NCBI GenBank assembly: GCA_004431415.1
Contig: QPMI01000470.1
Span: forward strand, 417,379 to 481,378
Direction: 5' to 3'
Length of the DNA stretch: 64,000 nucleotides
From: Cyanophora paradoxa CCMP329
Lineage: Eukaryota; Plantae; Glaucophyta
A model generated the notes under the pieces. The model did not search any database. It was not told the origin of the DNA and worked only from the letters and a program-made list of their open reading frames with translations. The translations under genes and the position numbers were made by a program. Below, piece by piece: positions 43,501 to 52,788 of this stretch. How positions within the stretch are numbered: position 1 is the first letter of the stretch; every line of letters starts with the position of its first letter.

Positions 43501-46500
43501 TCGGCAGATTCGTCGTGCAGCTGCTCCGCCTCAAACACGGCTACGAACGCGCCCTTCGTCCACTTCACCTTCCGGGCCCCGCTGGGGAGCGAGGCCATGG
43601 CTGACGCGCGCTCTCCCGCCCGCCGCATCGGGTGCCGCAGCTTCTTCCCGTCAACCGTGAGCGCGTTCGCCACCTCACGCCACCACGCAGGCTCGCTCTT
43701 CTGCAGCGTTCCCTTGGGCGCGCCCATGTACAGGTCCTGCCAGGTTCGCAAGGTCTCGCCGTCCGCTGCTGTCACCGCGTCCATGGTCGTCACGCCCGCC
43801 CCGTAAAGGCAGGGGCCGCGACGCTGAAGACGGCTCTTGGGATGTGCATTGCCACGACGTAGCGCCGGTCGAGGCGCTCCGGGTCAGGCCAAGGCTTCGC
43901 CCCGGGCAAGGTGCGGAACGCCGCGTAGCGCGCGTGATTCGACATCAGCCGGTACTTACGGCGCTGCATCTGCGGCATGATCGCCGCCAGGGCGTTTCTG
44001 CGGGCGAGGTCGCTGGAGACGGGTGCGTTTAGGAACTCGGTCGGGAGCAGAGGCACCCCAAGCTTCTCCTGCAGCGCGCGCACCCGGTGCCGTACAACCC
44101 GGGCCAGCAGCGAGCCCTCTGGCGCGCAGAGCCGGATCTGAGCCTCTGTGATTTGCGCCTCCGCTTGCAGGTGGGCTGTTCGTTTGAGGCTGTACCCCCG
44201 TGGCTCCAGATCGCGTAATTCGTCGTCGAGGCAGCGAGGTTCCCGTGGTGCTTGACGACCCGCATCCAAATACGATCGAGTTCCTGGCACTGACTCTCGC
44301 TCAGGGTCATGAGCTTCAGGCCGTACGAGATGCGGGCCTGTACTACGGCCTCGACAAGGTAGCAGGCCTCGTTCGCGGTGAGCTTCTTGCGTTCTATCAG
44401 CGCGACTGCGCCCCGCGCCTGATCGCAGATGTACTGCCACTGACGATCCCAGTTCAGGTTTGCGCTCATGTATACCCCGAGGAGCTTGAAGTGCTCGTGG
44501 GGCTGGCGGACAAGTCCGACGGGGGTACCGTTGATCTTCGGCGGGGAGGGCTGCTTCTCCTTCTTCTTCGCGGCGGGTGGGCCCCAGGTTTGCTCTCAAC
44601 CTCGCGACGTGCGTTGTTCCACGTGAAGATCGTCTTCTTTGCGTTGACCTCGATATCGTGCAGGCGGAAGAACTCGCCGGCCACGTCGGCCTGGGTCTGC
44701 AGCCCCCGCATGCTGCCGCTCATCCACTTCGTGTCGTCGGCGTACGCCACGCCGCTGACGCGGGCCCGGCCCTCGCGTTCCGCAGCATCGGTCTCCCTCG
44801 GGTTCCCCATCACGTACGCCGTGCCCGGCTCCTCCCAGCTCTCGGGTGGGCATAGTGCTCTATCGTCTTTGCCGTCTTCTTTCCGTGCTGGCGCTCGTGC
44901 TGATCCAGGCGCTCTTGCGCGCAGAGGAGGGCATCGTAGAAGATCAGCCAGTGCAGCGGCGACTCGACGCCGCCCTGCGGCAGCCCGCACTCGAGCTCGA
45001 ACTCGTCGGAGAGGCCGTGACCGGAGATTGCCCGCGCCCTGCGGCGCCGGAATATGTTCCTGTGGAGTTCGATGTACCCCTCGGGTACGTTTAGCCTCCG
45101 CATCGAGAGCTCCATGCTCTCCCACGAGACGGAGTCGTACGCTCGCCTGATATCCTGCAGCAGGATGTACAGGGCTTCTTGAACTCCTTCGCGTCCTCGA
45201 GGACTGCGTTAAAGACGTGGAGGGCGTCGTCCGTCGAGCAACCAGGTCTGAAGCCGTAGTTGGCCCCTTTCAGGAGCCCGTTCTGATGGATTGTCCGGAC
45301 AGGCGCGCGTTCAGGAGGCCAGTGGTCAGCTTCAGGGCCACCTCCTGCAGGGTGATCGGTCGCAGGTTATTTTCGATATCCCCGTCCCACTCCCGGCTCT
45401 TAGTAATGCCGAGGATGTTGCCCTGACACACGGCGTCCGGCAGGTCCCGGAGGCGGATCGCTTCAGCCACCAGCGAGAGCAGCAGCTTCCGGCCCCAGTG
45501 TACGGGCTCCGCTTCCGTGGCCTCCTCGGCGCTCTCGTCGGCTGGGCTCGGGCCCTCCGGCGCTGGGCCACCGGCCTCGTCGCCCTTCCGTCTTTGGGCT
45601 TCGGCTTGGGCACCGGCGCCCATAGGAACTTCACCATAGCATATGAGAAGTTCGACGGCCCGGCTGCCGTGTTTCTTAGCGTTTTAATGTAGTCGCCGAG
45701 CTCGCCTTCGTTCGGCACCGACATGTCGTTTCGGAATAGTGCAGGGTCCGCGTATGCTTTTGGCTCGTATTCCAGCCTCCAGAAGTCGATCAGTTCTTTC
45801 CCCATGCTATCCTTCAGCGCACTTTCCGGTATTGTCTCTGGGGTGCAGCCCACGCGTGGGCGTCGGCGTCGGCACCATTTCCGCCAGTGCTCTTTTAGGA
45901 GTCGTTTCACTTCCTCAGGCTCCGTGTAGATTTCATACGTTTTTCCGTCCTTGGATACACGCGTGATGTGCATGATCGGGCGGTTCCGCGGCTTTTCTAG
46001 CACCGCGGCTATATAGGATCCGAGCTGGCGGCCGTCCATGAACTTGTCTAGCCTCTCTTTTAATGCCCTCTCAACGTCCTCCGCCTGGAGCGCCCGGCGG
46101 ATTTTCTGCAGGTCGTGCCGCGTCCGGTTTCGCCATACTTTCAGCTCCCGGAAGAAGGTCGCCCAGTCTTCTTTGAGCTGCCGCCGGTGCATCTCGGCCC
46201 AGTCCTCTTGCTGATCAGCCGCGGGGGGTACGGCTGGAACCGGCGCGGGGCTACCGCTGCGCGAGCCTTGTGAGCTGTGCGAGCTCGAGTGCGCATACGG
46301 GGATCCGGGCGGCGGTGAGCCTTGTTCAGCCCTCGCTTGGCGCCGTTCAGCCGGACGGAGCGGGAAGGGTCGGAGACCTTCCCTGGCGGTCACGTAGTGC
46401 AGCAGCTTCTCGATCGCCTGGACCGTCAGCTCCGACGGGATCCCGCCTGGTTCCTTCCTCCAGGCAGCGAGAATGCGGGCAACTCTGGCGTCGGCCTTCG

Positions 46501-47195
46501 CCTGCCACGGCAGGTTGCGCGGCTTGGTCGGCTTCCCCCCTCGGCCCCTCATGCATAGATGTTCCTTTGCCACCTCCTGAACAAGGCTCGCGCTCGCAGC
46601 GTGGATGCGGCTCAGTCGCTCGAGACGCTCTTCCGGCGTGCCCTCGCCGACGGCGTCGAGGTCCGCCCCGACGGCTTCGCCGAGCTGCCTGTTTAGCTCT
46701 CTTTTCAGCTCATCTTTTTCGTTTTGTGTGCGCTTCAGGCCGTCCGGGTCAAACACTGGTGGCCCGGGTTTCGGTTCTGGCTTCGGTCCCACCGGCGCTG
46801 TCATGCCCGCCTCCTTCAGGTCGAAGTCCGCGAACGCTGGATAGTGGTCTGAGTCGTGCGGCGCATCGACCCACGCGGGGCACGTGTGCGCGCTGAGGAG
46901 CGCGTGATCCAGTGATTCCGAGACCAGCACTGCATCGATGCGCGCCGCGTGCCAGAGCGCGTCTTTTGGTAGGTCAGCCGGCGTTTCCTCCTCGGCTTCG
47001 CGTTCCGCGCCCTCTGACTCGTCTACTCCGTCTGACGGTACAGGTGCCACCGCCGCCCCGACCGACGCTCCTTGGCCCTTGCTTCCGTGCGGGGTGCGGT
47101 GCGTGATCTCGCGTGCTCCGCAGAGAGTTCCGTCATCATGTTTCGCCGCGTGTGACATCCCGGCGTCGCGCAGGTGCTCACCGGCCGGGCCTGTG
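40571..47195 (-). mobile_element. 5'-truncated non-LTR retrotransposon (APE-RT-RNaseH-CCHC; clade unassigned) nested in Ngaro gag
   Basis: APE C-terminal half ARIDAVL..DSDHYP. RT motifs LRPITLQE, YGFRPG, DIRRAYDSVSW, GLPQGGVESP, YADD. RNase H motifs WTDGS, NNKAELQA, HTDSQ, KVKAH, NDAAD. Zinc finger C..C..ETLEHVLTC. About 7 frameshifts. AT-richer 3' UTR at 40571-40870. The 5' junction is approximate. Confidence 0.9.
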
Positions 47196-48228
47196 AAGAT
47201 GCGCGCGGGAAGGGTGCTGACGCGAGCGCTCCCGTCGGTCGAGGGGGGCGCAGCGCCGGCACCCCCGAACGCGAAGCCGGCCCCTGCGAGCGCCGCCGGC
47301 AGGGCGCGCGCCAGCGCCTGCGACACCGCCTGAGAGATATCGACATCGGTCTGCGATGTGGGCGGCGGGTCGGCGGCGGCGCCGTGCACGAAGGGGCGGG
47401 ACGGTGCGCTCCGCGGGACGAATACAGCACCAGGGACGGCGGCGGTCGCCGTGGGGACGTGGTGGGACAGGGCCGCGCCGGCGGGGGTGCCGGGGGCCGG
47501 CAGCGGGGCAGGGGCCTCGAGCGGCAGGTGCGTGACCTGGGCTGGGGCGGGCCGCTGCGCGTGCTCGAGCAGGCTCTGGTGCTGCGCCAGCACCATGCGC
47601 TGCTGGTCGACGGCGCTCACGAGGGCGCTGAGGTCGCGCGTCAGGGGAGCAACCGCTGCCGCGACCGCTGAGGCGGTCGCCTGCTGCACGCTCGCCGCGA
47701 GCTGCTGGGTCAGCATCGGGCCGAGCTGTGACAGATCCACCACGGGGCCGGCGATCCGGGGCCGGGCAGGACTGCGAGGGGTCCCGCCGGCGGCGCGCGC
47801 GAAGCTCGGGCCTCCGGTATGCGAGGTGCGAGCACGGGGGCGGGCTGAGGCGGCGCGGATCCGGATGCCGGGGTCGACGGCGCGGCCGCGGAACCCCCGC
47901 CCGCGGGTGCGGGGGGGGCGGCAGCCGCGTGCGAAGTCTGCTGCAGCAGCCTCGCTGTCGACGCAGGAGGAGCGGCGGGGCCGCCGGGATGCTGCTGCTC
48001 GGCCTGCGCGGAGTGCGAGGCGAGCCCTGGCGCAGGGGCGATCCCGACGGGCGGCTGCAGATCTGAGGTCGTCTGCAGCTGCGAGCCCGCATCTCCTACC
48101 GCTGTAGCTACCGGTGTAGCTGCTGGCGCCTCCGGTTGGCGCGGGTCGGGAGGTGCACTCTGGAACCGCGATGGTCCCGCCTCCGAGGCTGCGCGAGTGG
48201 CCGTGCGGCCACGGGTCTCGACAACCAT
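47196..48228 (-). pseudogene. Ngaro gag-like ORF1, 5' fragment
   Basis: ATG 26 nt after repeat A1 (MVVETRGRTATR). Pro/Ala-rich with a coiled-coil segment. Frameshift near the G-run at ~47850-47920. Confidence 0.65.
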
Positions 48229-48253
48229 GTTGCGTACGGCCGGAACGCTCTGC

Positions 48254-48378
48254 AGAGCTCGAGGCGCGACGGCGCACTCGGGGTACAACAACTGAAGAGG
48301 GGCGGGCAGTCGTGCCTCGGGTACAGCTGCTCTACGTCTACTCGCGGGTTGACCTAAGTAAACTACTTTACTATCAAT
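48254..48378 (-). repeat. Ngaro repeat A1 (125 bp, 5' end of the element)
   Basis: Identical to 35877-36001. Confidence 0.92.
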
Positions 48379-48437
48379 TGGCCGGCTTGGCGCCGGCAGC
48401 CTTGGCTCGTAGCCTCGACGTCCACGACTCGGCAGCG

Positions 48438-50062
48438 ATGCGCTCGGTCGCTTCATTCGACGCGCTCGACGACGCGGTGCTCGGCGGCGTCCTCGCGCGG
48501 CTCGGCCCGGCCGGCGCGTGGCGCGCGCGGCTCGTCTGCCGGCGCTTCCGCGACATCGTCGTCGACGGCATTGAGTGGGGATCGCTGCGGTTCGAGGCCG
48601 CCCGCGTCGAGGCGCTCACGGGATTCGGCGGGGCGATCCAGCGGGGCACTCTCCGCGTCGCCCGCGGCGCGTCCCTCGAGCTCGAGCTCGCCCCGCCGCC
48701 TAAGGAAGACGCCGATGCCGCGGACCGCTGCGCGGCCCTCGGCCGCCTCGCCGTGGCCGCCGCCCTTGCGTGCTGGGAGGCCGCCGGCGGGCTGCGCTCG
48801 CTCCGCGTCGCCTGGCGCGTGCCGACCTTCCCCGGCCTCGCCGGCGCCATGCAGGAGCACGCCGCCGCGCTGCTGGAGGCGCTCCCTCCTTCCGGCGCCC
48901 TCGAGAGCCTCGCCCTCACAGTCGACGGCTGCGGCGCCGGCGACCCGCGCGGGCCGGCGGCGCGGCGGGGCCCCGGGCCGGCGTTCCACGTCGACGCGGC
49001 GGCCGTCGCGCGCCTGCGCCGCTTCCCCGCCCTCGGCGCCCTCGCCCTCCCCGGGGGCCTCCAGCTGCGCGCCGACGAGACCGCCGCCCTCTCCGCCGCC
49101 CTGCCCCGCCTCCGCCGCCTCCAGGTGCCCGCGTACCCCGCCGCCAGGCCACCCGCGCCGCGCCCCCCGACCTATTCTCCCCCCCCTTCCAGGTGGGCCT
49201 CGCGAACCAGTACGCGCTGGAGGGCCTGTACCCCCTCCCCCTCGAGTCCCTCTCGGCGGGGCCCCTCCTGGCCCCCGACGAGCCCTTCGTTCGCCTCGCC
49301 GCGAGCCCCGCCGGCCGCTCCCTCCGCACCCTCCGCCTCTGGTACCCTCCTCCGCTCCCCTCGAGCTGTACCCCCTCCGAATTCGATCGCAGGCGGAGCG
49401 ACGGGGGCGCCGTGCTGCTGCCCCGCCGGGCCCTGTCCCACCTCTCCCGCCTCCCCTCTCTGACGGCTTTCGACTTCTGCGCCTCCCTCGAGGTCCGCGC
49501 CCCGTACCCCCCCCCCGCCGGCTCCCCCCCCCACACCCGGCCCGACTCTCGCGCGTGCGAAGGCGGGGGACGGGGGGGAGGAGCCGCTGGATCTGCCCCC
49601 GCGCCTGCGCCGCGCGTGCTTCCGCCTGCAGCTCGCCGACTCGCCCGGCGCCGCCGCCGCCGCCCGCGCCCTCGCCGGCGCCCTCCGCCGCTGTACCCCT
49701 CTGACCGACCTCGAGCTCCGCTTCGGTGCGCCCCGTGCGCCCCGTACCCCTTGAACCTCACCCCCCCCCTCTCCCCCCGCAGAGTTCCTGGAGCCGCTGG
49801 GGGAGGGTCCGGGGGGTACCCTGTTGGAGCTCCTGGAGGCCGCGGGGCCGCGGCTGAGGCGGGCGCGCCTCGCGGCCGCGGGGACGGCGCGCGGCGGGCG
49901 GGCGCGGCGCGGCTGCGGCGGGGGGGCGCCGTGGGCGCTGCGCTGGCGGCTGCCCTCGAGGCGGACGGGCTCTGGCGCGCAGCGGGACGCCCGGTTGTAG
50001 ATCCGGAACTAGTAGCGCATTGTCTAGATATCGATCTTCAATCCGAAAATTCAGAGCGATAG
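48438..50062 (+). CDS. F-box/LRR-like protein, paralog of the 30684 gene
   Basis: MRSVASFDALDDAVLGGVLARLGPAGAWRARLVCRRFR. It shares the PAGRSLR.L and DGGAV segments and an intron position with the 30684 gene. The 3' end is approximate. Confidence 0.8.
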
Positions 50063-50112
50063 AACGAAGAGGGGGCAGGGCGCGGCGGGGCAGGGCGGGG
50101 GGTACACGCCGC

Positions 50113-51955
50113 TCAGAGCAGGTGTGCGTGGGCGCCGGCAGCGCGGAGATCGCCGTCGGCGTCGGCGTATCCCCCGAAGCCCTCCGCCCCGTCGGCCCCG
50201 TACCCCTCCGCGAAGGCGCCGGCCCCGTCGGCATCCCCTCCCAGGAGCGCCCCGTCGGCGTCGGGGTACGCCGCCTCCTCCCCCGCTGCGCCCTCCGCCG
50301 AGTACGCCTGCACCTGTACCCCCGGATCCTTCGTCGGCGGGAGCGGTTCTCTTACGAGGGGGGTACGAGCGCACGGCCTGGTCGAGCAGCAGGGCGGGGT
50401 TAACGTTGGGCCAGTTCGCAACCCACTGGCGCTCCGTGGTTGCCTCGTTGCCCCAGCCGCGGCGGACTGCGCGCGGGGAGGGACAGCGTTCAAGGGGGGG
50501 GGGGGGGGGGGGGGGGGACACGGGAGAGGGGGGAGGGAAGGAAAGGGGGGTACTGATGCTCTGGTTCAGGTCGGACACGCGCTTCATGAGGTACTGCGGC
50601 GTACCGTCCGGTTGGCCCAGCCGCGAGCGGGGGCCCGGATGGGCTGGGCCACGGGGTACCTTGTAAAAGTCGGATCCCTGGTTGCCCTTCTCGTACTCCC
50701 TGCGCATCACCTGTACATGTCCGGAAAAGTAATGAATATCATACTAGGAGATCTATCTCAAAGGCAGAGTATGCGCCGGAGATACTAGGAATTAAATGTA
50801 AGAAACTAAGGCATCGTCACCTGGCCGATCACATCCCGGGCCGCGTTCTCCTCCGCCAGCATGCCCTGCTTCTCGGGGCTCCCGGCGAAGGGCCTGCGCA
50901 CGAAGCCAAGCCGCGGCCGGAGCCGTCCGTCAGACGATCGCGAGCTCAGAGAGGATACGAAAGATCTAGATAAGCTCGAGATAGCTATATCTACTGTTAT
51001 GGACGCGTTGCGACCCGGACCCAGCCGGAGACACTAGCCTCTCGCGAGATGGCCTATTGGTAGAACTGCCGCCTTGACACCCCTTAGTCGTTGGTTCGAC
51101 TCCGGCTGGGTCCGGGTCGCAACGCGTCCATAACATGTTGCGTGCAGTGTGAGGACCCGGGATGATTCGGGGAATCACTAGCCTCTCGCGAGATGGCCTA
51201 TTGGTAGAACTGCCGCCTTGACACCCCTTAGTCGTTGGTTCGACTCCGGCTGGGTCCGGGTCGCAACGCGTCCATAACACTACATATTCGAAGTCAAAGC
51301 CGCACCCAGTCGAAGAGAAGACCACTGAAAGGCGGGGCCCGGGGCGCGCGAGGATGAGATCGGGAATCAGTGATCACTGCGCGCCGCGCGCTCTCCGGAG
51401 CGGCTAGAGGGGACACCGCCCGCTTCGGCGGGCACGCCTAGGCCTAGTGCTCTCCACTGCCCCTTCACCTTCGATCACTGCTTTTGGGTGCGATCGCCGC
51501 TGCCGCGGGCAGGCGCGCACCGTTGGGGTCCGGGGAGAAGGGTCCCGTGCTCGGGTGGTTCGGGTGAACTACCACGCCGTAGCTGAAGAAGGAAAGGGAC
51601 GGTCCGAGGTCATCAGAAAAGCGACGGATGGGTCGGCCAGGGCCGGGCCGGGCCGGGCGGGGGCGCACTTGGCGGGGTAGTTCGAGGCGGGGTCCACAAG
51701 CGAGCGGACCGGGGGGTACCCCCAGTCGTAGGCCTTGGCGTCGTCCTGCCGCGAAAGAAGAGCTGATCATGAGCGGGTTCTCCAGCTTCGGGCGGGGCTT
51801 AAGCAACGGCTTTAAAGAAGAGGCTTATATAATTAGATATAACTCGAGGTCAAGGACAAAGAATTAGATATTAGATCTTAGAATTCGGGCGGGGCTTAAG
51901 CAACGGCTTCAAAGAAGAGGCGTAGAGATGAGAGGGGCTCGAGGTCGAGGGCTCT
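50113..51955 (-). CDS. Uncharacterised multi-exon host gene; 5' exons not in this window
   Basis: Exons DDAKAYDWGYPP.., YGVVVHPNHP.., PFAGSPEKQGML.., VMRREYEKG.., YLMKRVSDLNQS.., RRGWGNE..WPNVNP and an acidic Gly/Ala tail. The upstream C-rich intron abuts the AT-rich element at 52142. Confidence 0.6.
50995..51279 (+). mobile_element. 285-bp TG..CA element with tRNA-derived Pol III boxes, 36-bp terminal inverted repeats, a 104-bp internal direct repeat and a 4-bp TSD (CTAC)
   Basis: CTAC at 50991-50994 and 51280-51283. 50995-51030 is the reverse complement of both 51100-51135 and 51244-51279. 51032-51135 is identical to 51176-51279. A-box-like TGGCCTATTGG and B-box GGTTCGACTCC are present. 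Confidence 0.88.
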
Positions 51956-52141
51956 AAGAAAGACGTCAGGGGAAAGGGGAGGGGGGGGGTTGAGGGGTGG
52001 GGGTGCGAGGCGGGGGAAGGGGTGGGTGGGGAGGGGGGGGTGCGAGGCGGGGGAGAAGGGAGGGGGGAGAAGGGGATGGGGGTAGGAAAGGAAGGGGGGA
52101 GGAGGAAGGGCGGGAGGCGGGGGCGGCGGGGGGGGGGGGGG

Positions 52142-52212
52142 ACACATATAAAAACAAATATTATTATCCCTCGCGTTCCGCTCAGGATAATAATATTTGT
52201 TTTTATATGTGT
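52142..52212. repeat. Perfect terminal palindrome with 28-bp arms and a 15-nt spacer
   Basis: ACACATATAAAAACAAATATTATTATCC-ctcgcgttccgctca-GGATAATAATATTTGTTTTTATATGTGT. Confidence 0.95.
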
Positions 52213-52468
52213 GTTACTATAAGTTATATAAAGATATTAGCATTTTTATCATAGTGTATATCGATATGTGATATGTATTCTATCGGTAGTTCGTAAATGA
52301 ATCAATAAAAATAATATAAGTATCGTGGAATCTTTGTAAAATATGTATATATAATATGTAATCGCGATATAGCCGATATGTGTTTACGATGCGCGATGTG
52401 TATCTAAAACAACTACAATGTGCTGCTTGGGACGCGCCTCATATAGTCATGTGTATCACCTACGTAGC

Positions 52469-52700
52469 TTCGATAGGGTGGGGCGGGTGGGGTGAGGTGG
52501 GGCATTTTTTTGAATTCCCTAAAATGTTTCACTCCCAAAAATTCTTGGTCAAAAAAGACCCCACCCAACCCCACTTACCCCACCCTGTATTATTCTCTTT
52601 ATCTATGATTGATTTCAATGTAATTTAAATATAAATATGTATGATTGAGTATGTTAAATTAATACTGGGTGGGGTGTGAGGGTGGGGTGTGAGTGGTATC
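52469..52700. repeat. Iteron-like palindromic repeat, copy 1 (~230 bp)
   Basis: TTCGATAGGGTGGGG..GGTGGGGC-T-run arm, loop, A-run-ACCCCACC..CCCCACCCTGTAT arm, AT-rich tract, then GGGTGGGGTGTGAGGGTGGGG. Confidence 0.9.
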
Positions 52701-52788
52701 GGTATGGTAGTCCAATCTAAGATGGCACACATAAAATCATGATGTGTTATTTTTACTTCCGGTTTGATACTTATCGGACTTCGATAAC

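Larger units (their letters stand above)
35815..48378 (-). mobile_element. Ngaro-type tyrosine-recombinase retrotransposon with split direct repeats (A1-ORFs-B1-A2-B2), interrupted by a LINE
   Basis: Order gag, RT/RNaseH, YR, with no methyltransferase domain between RNaseH and YR. Identical 125-bp A repeats and 37-bp B repeats occur in the expected order. Confidence 0.9.

Noticed and set aside
45332-48277. Single native 981-aa gene
   Set aside because: It is a composite of Ngaro gag and LINE ORF2, and its first part is out of frame with the real gag ATG.
48153-48437. N-terminal extension of the F-box ORF
   Set aside because: It reads through the Ngaro A1 repeat. The paralog-matching ATG is at 48438.
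51036-51115. Functional tRNA gene
   Set aside because: T-arm and A/B boxes are present, but there is no pairing acceptor stem or anticodon arm. Treated as a tRNA-derived part of a mobile element.
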